This document shows, piece by piece, positions 24,115-31,561 of a stretch of 32,945 nt of DNA. The position numbers and the translations under genes are program-made. Under the pieces are notes generated by a model. That model was not told the origin of the DNA. It saw only the letters and a program-made list of their open reading frames with translations, and ran no database searches. Within the stretch, counting starts at the first letter, position 1, and each line of letters starts with the position of its first letter. This DNA is from Mycobacteriales bacterium (lineage in GTDB: Bacteria; Actinomycetota; Actinomycetes; Mycobacteriales; SCTD01): contig JBKJQM010000293.1 in the NCBI GenBank assembly GCA_046594005.1, forward strand, positions 1-32,945, in the 5' to 3' direction.

Positions 24115-25293
24115 TCAGCCGAGCTGCGTGACCCGGAAGGGCACGTCGAGGACGACGGTCCGGTCGCGGACTCGTGCGGGGTCGCCGTGCAGGGTGAAGC
24201 TGGCGGCGGTCTCCTCGTAGTGCACGTTGTCCTCCTTGTCCCCGAGCCAGACACCGAGGGTGTACTCGCCGTGCGCGAGCACCGGCGGCAGGGAGATCTC
24301 GGCGCGGTACCGCCCGACCCCGAAGGCCGCCTCGTGGTTGTGGCTCATGGTCTCGTCCACGACGCGCACGCCGTGGTCGTTCGTGATGAAGATGGAGAGG
24401 TCCAGGCCTACGCGCGGCTCGAGCATCTCGAACTCCACGACCACCGTCAGTGGGTCCTCCCGGAGCAGCGGCCCGTCCCCGCCCTTCGTGGCCCGCACGT
24501 TCACAGCGGTCAGGCGGCCGGCCTCGGAGCCGCCCATGAAGGAGGTCCCGCCGCCGATGAGCTCGTAGCCCGACGTCAGGTAGTCGCGGACGACCTGGTG
24601 GGTCGGGCCGTCGTCGACGACCTGCCCGCGCTCGAGCCAGACGGTGCGCGCGCAGAGCTTGCTGAGGCTGCTCAGGTCGTGGCTGACGAAGACCACCGTG
24701 CGCCCCTCGGCCTCGGCCAGCGACATCCGGCCCAGGCACTTGCGCTGGAACTCGGCGTCGCCGACCGCGAGCACCTCGTCGACGATGAGGATGTCGGGGT
24801 CGAGGTGCGCCGCCACCGCGAAGGCGAGGCGCAGGTACATCCCGCTCGAGAAGCGCTTCACGGGCGTGTCGAGGAAGCGCTCGGTGCCGGCGAAGTCGAC
24901 GATCTCGTCGAAACGGGCGGCCGTCTCCCGCCGGGTCATCCCGAGGATCGCCGCGTTCAGGAAGACGTTCTCCCGGCCGGTGAGCTCGGGGTGGAAGCCG
25001 GTGCCGACCTCGAGCAGAGCCGCGACCCGGCCGCGGGTCCGGCTCACGCCCTCGGTCGGCGTGGTGATGCGCATCAGCACCTTGAGGATGGTGCTCTTGC
25101 CCGCGCCGTTGCGACCGATGAGGCCCAGGGCCTGGCCGTCCGCGACCGCGAAGCTCACGTCCCGCAGCGACCAGAGGTCCCGGTCCTGCGGGCGGTGCCG
25201 CCGGCCGAGCTGGAGCACGGTCTCCCGCAGGTTGCCGCGCTCGCCGAGCCGGTAGCGCTTGCTCAGGTGCTCGACCTGGATGCGGTCGCTCAC
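24115..25293 (-). CDS. wzt: ABC transporter ATP-binding protein for glycan export (Wzt/TagH type) with a C-terminal extension of about 150 aa
   Basis: Walker A GRNGAGKST, signature FSSGMYLRL, Walker B ILIVDE and H-loop FVSHD. The C-terminal domain is beta-rich (VVEFEMLEPRVGLDLSIFITNDHGVRVVDE...YTLGVWLGD). The GTG start directly abuts the wzm stop. Confidence 0.9.
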   Translation of the reverse strand: MSDRIQVEHLSKRYRLGERGNLRETVLQLGRRHRPQDRDLWSLRDVSFAVADGQALGLIGRNGAGKSTILKVLMRITTPTEGVSRTRGRVAALLEVGTGFHPELTGRENVFLNAAILGMTRRETAARFDEIVDFAGTERFLDTPVKRFSSGMYLRLAFAVAAHLDPDILIVDEVLAVGDAEFQRKCLGRMSLAEAEGRTVVFVSHDLSSLSKLCARTVWLERGQVVDDGPTHQVVRDYLTSGYELIGGGTSFMGGSEAGRLTAVNVRATKGGDGPLLREDPLTVVVEFEMLEPRVGLDLSIFITNDHGVRVVDETMSHNHEAAFGVGRYRAEISLPPVLAHGEYTLGVWLGDKEDNVHYEETAASFTLHGDPARVRDRTVVLDVPFRVTQLG

Positions 25294-26118
25294 TCAGATC
25301 ACGTCGGCGAAGGACCGGGAAGCCCGCAGGAAGTACACGACTCCCGCCACGGCGAGCACTACGGCCATGGCCGTGGACACGGCCAGCGTGGCGTCCGGTG
25401 CCGGGCCGGAGACCAGGACGAACCTCCCTAGCTCCAGGACGCCCACCGCCGGGTTGAGCGCGTAGAGGTAGCGGGACGCGCCGTCGAGCGACTGCGCGGA
25501 GTAGGCCACCGGGCTCAGGAACAGGAAAGCCTGCAGGACCGGTGAGACGAGGTGGCGCACGTCCCGGAACCGCACGTTGAGCGCCGCGAGCGCGCAGGTC
25601 ACGCCTAGTGCAGTGAGGGCGAGCAGGGCGAGCCACACGGGCAGCAGCAGGAGGGCCGCTGACGGGGCCACGCCGTACAAGAGGCAGAGCAGCAGCAGCA
25701 GCAGCAGGCCGACGCCGAGGTCGATCATGGGCGGCAGCAGCGAGGCCAGCGGCGCGATGAGGCGCGGGAAGTAGACCTTGGTGATCAGGGAGCTGTTGCC
25801 GACCAGCACCTCGCTGCCCTTGCCGATGCACTGCGACAGGTAGTTCCAGCCGAGCAGACCGGCCAGCGCGAAGACGGGATAGGGCGTTCCACCGGTGTCG
25901 ATGTCCGCCAGCCGGTCGAAGACCAGGGTGAACGCGAGCACCGTGATGACCGGCTGCGCCACCACCCACAGCACGCCGAGCACGGCCTGCTTGTAGCGCA
26001 CCCGCAGGTCGCGGGAGGCGAAGAACAGCACCAGCTCACGGCCTGCCCACAGCTCCGGCAACGACGCCCGAACGCTGGTGCGGGGGCCGTTCTCGAGCCA
26101 CGGCCCCGTCGTCGCCAT
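25294..26118 (-). CDS. wzm: ABC-2 type transporter permease for glycan export (Wzm/TagG type)
   Basis: 274 aa. RDLRVRYKQAVLGVLWVVAQP is the hallmark ABC-2 N-terminal motif. There are 6 hydrophobic segments. Confidence 0.9.
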   Translation of the reverse strand: MATTGPWLENGPRTSVRASLPELWAGRELVLFFASRDLRVRYKQAVLGVLWVVAQPVITVLAFTLVFDRLADIDTGGTPYPVFALAGLLGWNYLSQCIGKGSEVLVGNSSLITKVYFPRLIAPLASLLPPMIDLGVGLLLLLLLCLLYGVAPSAALLLLPVWLALLALTALGVTCALAALNVRFRDVRHLVSPVLQAFLFLSPVAYSAQSLDGASRYLYALNPAVGVLELGRFVLVSGPAPDATLAVSTAMAVVLAVAGVVYFLRASRSFADVI

Positions 26119-26219
26119 TGCCGGAGACTAGCCGCGGCAGCGGAGCGCCGCAGGAGCGGTCGACGGCCGCCGCGACCTCCGTCGTCGTCGGTCTGCGGTC
26201 ACCCGTGTGACGGTCCCGC
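26119..26219. promoter_or_regulatory. Divergent intergenic region upstream of wzm
   Basis: Positional only: a 101-nt gap between the wzm start and the + strand GTG at 26220. Confidence 0.25.
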
Positions 26220-26411
26220 GTGACCGAGATCCCCCTGGTCGTCCTGGCCCACCGCGTGCCCCGGCACGTCGCACGCCTGGTCCAGGCGCTGGCGTCAGAC
26301 GTCAGCCGCTGCTACGTGCACGTCGACGAGGGGTCCCCGGCAGCGGTGCACCGCGAGGTGCGGGAGCTCATCGGCCGCCGGCCGGACGTCCGCCTCCTGC
26401 CGTCCCGCCGG
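26220..26411 (+). pseudogene. Remnant of the 5' end of a GT14-like (core-2/I-branching type) glycosyltransferase gene
   Basis: The GTG at 26220 starts about 64 codons with high GC3: TEIPLVVLAHRVPRHVARLVQALASDVSRCYVHVDEGSPAAVHREVRELIGRRPDVRLLPSRR. This matches the N-terminal pattern of bacterial GT14 proteins (I.YLILAH..P.Q..RL...L......F.HVD..S). After about 26410 GC3 drops and the expected V.WGG.S block is missing. The rest of track ORF 26220..26927 is a shadow of the next gene. Confidence 0.45.
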
Positions 26412-26458
26412 CCACGCGATGACGTGGACGCGCCTGCTGCTCGGCGCCATGATGCCGC

Positions 26459-28162
26459 GTGCCCGCCGCCGCGTTGTCCCGACGCGACGTGCTGCTCGCC
26501 GCCGCCGGGGGCCTGGTCCTTCCCCCCTTGCTGTTCTGGCCCTTGCTGCGCGAGCTCGGGTCCGCGGTACCGAAGGACGTCGGCGACCCGCTGCCCCAGG
26601 CGTGGCAGCTGGCCTGGGGGGGCCATGCACTGCGGTCGCAGCCGCTCGACCTGTTCCAGTCGAACCAGTTCTTCCCCGGCCGCAACACACTGGCGTACTC
26701 GGACTCGCTGCTCGGCTACGCCCCGGCGGGACTGCTGGGCAGCGGCCCCGGCGATGCGGTGCTGCGCTACGACGTGCTCTTCCTCCTCGCCCCTGCGCTG
26801 GCGTTCGCCGCCACGTTCCTGCTGGCACGGCAGCTCGGGCTGGGCCGGAGTGGTGCCGCGGTGGCCGGCGTCGCCTTCGGGTTCTCGCCGTACCGGCTGG
26901 AGCAGTTCAACCACCTGCACGTCCTGAGCAGCGGCGGCATCCCGCTGGCGCTGCTGCTGCTCCTGCGCGGGCACGGTCGCGGTGACCCGCGGACGGTCTT
27001 CGCCGGCTGGGCTGTCACCGCCTGGCAGCTGACGCTCGGCTTCTCCCTCGGCCTGCTGCTCGTCTACCTCATCGGCGGCATCTGGCTGTGGCTGCTTGTC
27101 GAGTGGCTGCGTGACGGACGTCCGGCGCTGACCCGGAGCACTCTCACGGGCCATGTCGCCGGCCTCTCGCTCCTCGCGGGGACGGCGTTCCTGGTCGCCC
27201 AGCCGTACTTAGCAGTCGTCGAGGAGTTTCCCGAGGCGCGACGCACACTCGCGGACACAGCACGCTTCTCCGGGCCGTTGGTGTGGTCCTACCTGTCGGC
27301 GGCGGAGGAGTCGACGCTCTGGGGGCCGCTGACCTCAGGGGCACGACAGCACCTCACCTTCGCGTCCGAGCAGACGCTGTTCCCTGGGCTGACGGTCGTG
27401 CTACTCGGACTGTCTGGCCTGCTGTGGCGCAGAGCGCCGCTCGATCGTCGCCTCCGAGTGTTCCTCGCTGTCGCAGTGACAGCGTGCGCCGCCTTCGCCC
27501 TGGGAACCGCGGCTGAGGGTGCGCGCAGCTTCAGCCCCTACCGGCTGCTGTACGAACTGGCGCCAGGGTTCCAGGCGGTGCGGGTGCCTGGTCGCATCAC
27601 GACGCTGACGACGCTGGGACTGTCGGTGCTGGCCGGCTGCGGTGCCCAGCGGTGGGCCGGTGCCGTCGCCGCACGTTGGCCCCGCCTCGCTCCCTGGGCT
27701 GCCGCCGGCCTGGTCGGGCTCGTGCTGTTCGAGGGCTCTTCACTGCGGACGCAGGACGAGGACCCCGGTTCTTTCCGCACCCCGATCGTGGAGGCCCCTC
27801 CTGTGAGCTTTGCGGACGTCAAGGGGCCGGCGCTGCACCTGCCGGCCGAGCCGGAGGACAACCGTCGCTACCTGCTGTGGTCCACGGACGGTTTCGAGGA
27901 CATGGCGAACGGGCGGTCCAGCCTGGTGCCTCAGCGGTTCCTGGACCTGGTGGAGGGCGCAGCGACCTTCCCGGACCGCGAGTCGGTCGCGCGAGTGCGC
28001 GCCTTCGGACTGTGCACGGTGGCCCTCCATCGTGCGCACCTGGCAGGCACGCCCTGGCAGGCGTGGCAGGACCGCTCCATCCAGGGGCTCGGCATCCGTC
28101 GCACCGTCTGGGAAGACCTGGTCGTCTACGACCTCAATACGCCAGGGGGCGCCTGCCGCTGA
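26459..28162 (+). CDS. Polytopic membrane protein, possible GT-C-like glycosyltransferase with a C-terminal soluble domain
   Basis: GTG at 26459; 567 aa. The first loop reads VPKDVGDPLPQAWQLAWGGHAL, and there are about 10 hydrophobic helices. The last roughly 150 aa are soluble (YLLWSTDGFEDMANGRSS). Confidence 0.7.
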   Translation: MPAAALSRRDVLLAAAGGLVLPPLLFWPLLRELGSAVPKDVGDPLPQAWQLAWGGHALRSQPLDLFQSNQFFPGRNTLAYSDSLLGYAPAGLLGSGPGDAVLRYDVLFLLAPALAFAATFLLARQLGLGRSGAAVAGVAFGFSPYRLEQFNHLHVLSSGGIPLALLLLLRGHGRGDPRTVFAGWAVTAWQLTLGFSLGLLLVYLIGGIWLWLLVEWLRDGRPALTRSTLTGHVAGLSLLAGTAFLVAQPYLAVVEEFPEARRTLADTARFSGPLVWSYLSAAEESTLWGPLTSGARQHLTFASEQTLFPGLTVVLLGLSGLLWRRAPLDRRLRVFLAVAVTACAAFALGTAAEGARSFSPYRLLYELAPGFQAVRVPGRITTLTTLGLSVLAGCGAQRWAGAVAARWPRLAPWAAAGLVGLVLFEGSSLRTQDEDPGSFRTPIVEAPPVSFADVKGPALHLPAEPEDNRRYLLWSTDGFEDMANGRSSLVPQRFLDLVEGAATFPDRESVARVRAFGLCTVALHRAHLAGTPWQAWQDRSIQGLGIRRTVWEDLVVYDLNTPGGACR

Positions 28163-28165
28163 CCA

Positions 28166-28475
28166 CTACCGGGCCGCGAAGTAATTGGCCTCGGGGTGAT
28201 GGGCAACGATCGCCGACGTCGGCTGCTCGGGAGTCAGCTGGAAGCCCTCCCTCACCTCGACGCCGATCCCCTCGCACTCCAGCACGGCCGCGACCTTGGT
28301 CGGGTCCTCGACGTCCGGGCAGGCCGGTGGCCCCACACGTAGCGGGCGCCGCGGTGCTCGAACGTCGAGATCCCCGAGAGGTCGCGCTTCCTCGTCGGCG
28401 CAGCCGAGCTCGGCGCGCACCCGGGCATGCCAGAACTCCGCCAGCGGCACCGGCAGGTCTTGCAACTCGCGGTAC
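28166..28475 (-). pseudogene. Decayed copy of the 3' end (last roughly 100 codons) of metH
   Basis: Track ORF 28166..28465 translates to ...LAEFWHARVRAELG...PACPDVEDPTKVA...GFQLTPEQPTSAIVAHHPEANYFAAR. This parallels the intact metH end: LAEFWHARVRAELG...YPACPDVEDQTKVA...EFQLTPEQSTSAIIAHHPEAKYFAAR. My hand alignment with 31638 onward gives about 20 mismatches in the first 160 nt, then a 1-nt deletion near 28329 and a 2-nt deletion near 28387. The codons between the two deletions are frameshifted. Confidence 0.9.
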
Positions 28476-28479
28476 GCGC

Positions 28480-28692
28480 GTGCCTGTGCTGAGCCTGCTC
28501 GCGTCGCGCCTTCTGCAGTGGTCCGGCCTGGTCTCCTACGCGGTGTTCCTGTGGCACGAGCCGCTGATCTGGTCCCGGCGGCGGCACGGCTGGACCTCCG
28601 CCGGTCGGCTGGGGTTCGGACTGGCGCTGCTCCTGACGGCGTGCACGGTCGTTCCCATCGCGCTCTTCAGCTGGCGACTGGTCGAGAGGCCG
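28480..28692 (+). pseudogene. C-terminal remnant (about 70 codons) of an acyltransferase family 3 (OafA/YrhL-type) gene
   Basis: LSLLASRLLQWSGLVSYAVFLWHEPLIW...LLLTACTVVPIALFSWRLVERP matches the conserved AT3 C-terminus (G.iSY.iYLwH.P ... s.rlvE.P). No upstream AT3 body exists; the frame abuts the metH remnant at about 28476-28480. Confidence 0.6.
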
Positions 28693-28699
28693 GCGGGTG

Positions 28700-29065
28700 A
28701 CGGGCAGGAACGAGACACCGGGGACCCTCGGCGCAGCCACCCGTGCGCAGCCGGCGACTTCAGCGGACGCGACGCCCGACGGCGGGTCCGCCATCACGCT
28801 GGACCCGGACGGGTCGACGCCGAGCCGGCCCGCGACGGTCGAGTAGGGCGGTCGGGCTTGCCGATCAGCACGTCGTCGCCGGCCAGCGTCAGCGCGAACG
28901 GCCCGACCCCTGGGCGCGGCCCGCGTCGACCAGCACGCGTAAGACGACCCACACCAGCGCCACCGGCAGCCCCTCGGGATCGTGTGCTCAGAGGAGCTCA
29001 CCAGCGGCCGGCATCCGCGACGACAGGTGCCATACCAGGGCGAGTCAGGAGCATCCGTCCCAGGG
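28700..29065 (-). pseudogene. Decayed copy of the 3' half of the HAD hydrolase gene found intact at 30896..31561
   Basis: The - strand reads PPYSTVAGRLGVDPSGSSVMADPPSGVASAEVAGCARVAAP, against the intact PEPYLTAAARLGVVPSRCVVLEDSPSGVASGEAAGCAVVAVP. Further upstream it reads MPAAGELL*AHDPEGLPVALVWVVLRVLVDA, against MPGVADLLSELDGQGVPMALVSSSYRVLVDA. There is an in-frame TGA at 28988-28990 and a 1-nt deletion near 28915. The boundaries are approximate. Confidence 0.8.
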
Positions 29066-29095
29066 GTCACAGTTCTGTGGCCCACGTGGCCTGTC

Positions 29096-30784
29096 ATGAA
29101 TGGGCAACAGAGCGTAACGTCTGCATTTGCCCGGCTTGTGAGCCCTGGGGGGGACGTGTTCGGATCGGGGCGGTTGCGCGTCGCCGGCGACGGCGCTGAC
29201 GTCGGCGGCTGGCTCAGTGCGACCTCGGCTGCCACCGAGGCCGAACCCGGGCAGCGCGCCGGGGGCCCCGCGCGCCACCGGGTGCTCGACCTCGACCGTG
29301 GGTTGGACCTTGACTGCCTGCGTCCGGCGAGCAACTCGAACAGGCCCGTCGCGCCGTCCTCCGCAAGCCCGGAGTCGCCGGTCCTCGATGTCGACACGGA
29401 CGTCGTCACCGAGCGAGCTGACCGAGCACCTTGGTTCGCGAGGTTCGGCTCCGGCCTGGTGCTCGCAGGGCTGGACATCTCCACGGCCACCACCGTGGGG
29501 ACGATGGTCGTCGTCGGGACCGGTCAGCCGCTCCGCGTCGTCGCGATGTCCCTGGGACTCGTGCTCAGCTTCCGCGCGACGGGGCTGTACCGGCGCCGGC
29601 TGTCCTTCTCCGCCCTCGACGATGCGCCGTTCCTCGTCGGGGGTGCGCTGCTCGCCACTGCTGGGGTGCTTGCCGTAGCGCTGATGCAGGGGCAGGCCAT
29701 CACGCCGCAGGGAGCAAGGGACGCCGGCTTCCTCGTCACGGTCCTGGTCAGCGCCTTGCTGCTGGAGCGCACGATGACGTACTGGGGGCTGCGTCGCTGC
29801 CGTCGCGCCGGGCTGTTCTGCGAGCGCGCTCTCGTCATCGGTGCCGGCCACGTCGGCCAGCGGCTCGTGCGGAACCTGCAGGAGCACCTCGAGTACGGCC
29901 TGGTCCCGATCGGTTTCCTCGACTCACACCCCCGCGTGGGCACCGCAGACGAGCTCCCCGCCCCGGTGCTGGGCGGCTACTCGAAGCTGGCGGACGTCAT
30001 CCGCGAGTACCGCATCACGAGGGTCATCGTCGCGTTCAGCGCCGTCCGCGAGGCGGGGCTGGTCGACGTGCTGCGCACGTGCGACCGGCTCGACTGCGAG
30101 CTCTCCTTCGTACCGCGGCTCTTCGAGCTCCACCGCCGGACCCGGTCCATGGACGAGGTCTGGGGCCTCCCGCTCATGCACATGCGCCGCGCCCCCTTCC
30201 GCTCCTTCTCCTGGCGGCTGAAGCGCGTCTTCGACATCGTCATGGCTGCGACGGGCCTGCTGCTGCTCGCGCCGGTGCTCGCTGCGTGCGCCCTGCTGGT
30301 CCGTCTCGAGAGCGGGCCGGGCGTGCTGTTCCGTCAGGAGCGGGTCGGGTTGGACGAGCGACCGTTCCAGATCCTCAAGTTCCGCACCCTGCGTCCCCTG
30401 GACGACGATGAGGCCGCGGTGCGCTGGACCGTGTCCGGCGATCCACGCATCGGGCCGGTCGGGCGCCTCATGCGCACGACCTCGCTCGACGAGCTGCCCC
30501 AGCTCTGGAACATCCTGACGGGCCGCATGAGCGTGGTGGGGCCGCGTCCTGAGCGGCGCCACTTCGTCAGCCAGTTCTCCAGCCACGTCCCGCGCTACAC
30601 CGCCCGGCACCGCGTTCCAGCGGGCCTGACGGGCTGGGCCCAGGTCCACGGCTTGCGCGGCAACACCTCCATCGAGGAGCGCGCGGTCTTCGACAACGCC
30701 TACGTGGAGAACTGGTCTCTCTGGGGCGACGTCAAGATCGTGCTGCGGACAGCCGGATCGGTGCTGCGCCGCACGGGCGGCTGA
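29096..30784 (+). CDS. Polyprenyl-phosphate sugar phosphotransferase (large WbaP/CpsE-type priming glycosyltransferase)
   Basis: Four N-terminal TM segments, a Rossmann-like middle domain (ALVIGAGHVGQRL) and a catalytic domain with KRVFDIVMA, FRQERVG, KFRTL, DELPQLWNIL and SVVGPRPE. The start is uncertain. The ATG at 29096 is followed by about 14 low-GC3 codons, so the GTG at 29138 or at 29156 is also plausible. Confidence 0.9.
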   Translation: MNGQQSVTSAFARLVSPGGDVFGSGRLRVAGDGADVGGWLSATSAATEAEPGQRAGGPARHRVLDLDRGLDLDCLRPASNSNRPVAPSSASPESPVLDVDTDVVTERADRAPWFARFGSGLVLAGLDISTATTVGTMVVVGTGQPLRVVAMSLGLVLSFRATGLYRRRLSFSALDDAPFLVGGALLATAGVLAVALMQGQAITPQGARDAGFLVTVLVSALLLERTMTYWGLRRCRRAGLFCERALVIGAGHVGQRLVRNLQEHLEYGLVPIGFLDSHPRVGTADELPAPVLGGYSKLADVIREYRITRVIVAFSAVREAGLVDVLRTCDRLDCELSFVPRLFELHRRTRSMDEVWGLPLMHMRRAPFRSFSWRLKRVFDIVMAATGLLLLAPVLAACALLVRLESGPGVLFRQERVGLDERPFQILKFRTLRPLDDDEAAVRWTVSGDPRIGPVGRLMRTTSLDELPQLWNILTGRMSVVGPRPERRHFVSQFSSHVPRYTARHRVPAGLTGWAQVHGLRGNTSIEERAVFDNAYVENWSLWGDVKIVLRTAGSVLRRTGG

Positions 30785-30800
30785 CGTCCTGCCGACGCGG

Positions 30801-30874
30801 CGGCAGCCTCGTCCCTGCCAGGGCTTTCCGGGGCCGCGCCGGCACACGGACGAGGTCGGCGGAGGCGGCTGCCG
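30801..30874. terminator. Imperfect long hairpin between convergent genes (possible bidirectional terminator)
   Basis: cggcagcctcgtcc (30801-30814) pairs with ggacgagg (30848-30855) and ggctgccg (30867-30874). There is an internal bulge and no U-tract. Confidence 0.25.
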
Positions 30875-30895
30875 GGCGTGGACACCGGCTGATGG

Positions 30896-31561
30896 TCAGG
30901 GGCATGACGGCTGCACCAGTGCCCGCAGCGAATCGACGTCCAGCCCCACGAGGGACCCGACCACCACCCGGCGTGGACGCGGCTCGAGCACCACGCCAGC
31001 AATGCTCGGGACCGCGACGACCGCGCAGCCGGCCGCCTCGCCACTTGCGACGCCGGACGGGGAGTCCTCCAGCACCACGCACCGGGAGGGGACCACGCCG
31101 AGCCGGGCTGCCGCCGTGAGGTAGGGCTCGGGGTCCGGCTTGCCGCGGGTCACCTCGTCACCGGCGAGCGTGAACGCGAACGGACCGATCCCGTGGGCCA
31201 GCACCGCGTCGACGAGCACGCGGTACGACGAGGACACCAGCGCCATCGGCACCCCCTGGCCGTCCAGCTCCGACAGCAGGTCCGCGACGCCCGGCATCAA
31301 CGGCAGGTCGCCGGCGAACAGCTCGCGCATCCGGAGCAGCAGCCAGGCCGACGTCTCGGCAACGCGCGCCGCGGTGGCCTCGACCCCGAAGTACGTCAGG
31401 ATCCCGGGCACGGCGACGTCGAGCCGGGTCCCGACGACGCGCGCCTTGACCTCGTCGTCCCACTCGCCGCCGAGCGAGCGCGCGAGCTCGACCTCGGCCA
31501 CGGTCCACAGCGGCTCGCTGTCCACCAGCAGGCCGTCCATGTCCCACAGGACCGCGTCCAC
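30896..31561 (-). CDS. HAD-superfamily hydrolase (beta-phosphoglucomutase/phosphatase-like subfamily IA)
   Basis: Motif I is LWDMDGLLVDSE, motif II is LVSSS, motif III is RGKPDPEPY and motif IV is VLEDSPSGV. Start chosen at the GTG at 31561. The track start at 31582 adds 7 codons with poorer GC3. Confidence 0.85.
   Translation of the reverse strand: MDAVLWDMDGLLVDSEPLWTVAEVELARSLGGEWDDEVKARVVGTRLDVAVPGILTYFGVEATAARVAETSAWLLLRMRELFAGDLPLMPGVADLLSELDGQGVPMALVSSSYRVLVDAVLAHGIGPFAFTLAGDEVTRGKPDPEPYLTAAARLGVVPSRCVVLEDSPSGVASGEAAGCAVVAVPSIAGVVLEPRPRRVVVGSLVGLDVDSLRALVQPSCP

Noticed and set aside
23435-25969. 844-aa ORF on the - strand
   Set aside because: It is out of frame with wzt and wzm and antisense to the GT2 fusion tail. 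The Arg/Pro/Gly-rich content is uninformative, whereas the wzt and wzm frames carry complete ABC motifs.
26198-26211. Small palindrome gtcac-ccgt-gtgac just upstream of the GT14-like remnant
   Set aside because: It has only 5-bp arms, is expected by chance in 33 kb, and has no second copy elsewhere in the window.
29147-29153. G7 homopolymer near the 5' end of the priming transferase gene as a phase-variation switch
   Set aside because: A run of seven G is short for slipped-strand switching and unremarkable in DNA this GC-rich. It may also lie upstream of the true start.
27652-29199. 515-aa + strand ORF spanning the end of the membrane protein gene and the remnant patch
   Set aside because: Only 28480-28692 resembles a real protein (the AT3 C-terminus). 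The rest is an Arg/Pro-rich shadow reading through three unrelated remnants.
28252-29493. 413-aa - strand ORF
   Set aside because: It is a composite read-through of the HAD remnant (partly in frame) and the metH remnant (out of frame). It is not a gene, but it was useful because it exposed the HAD homology.
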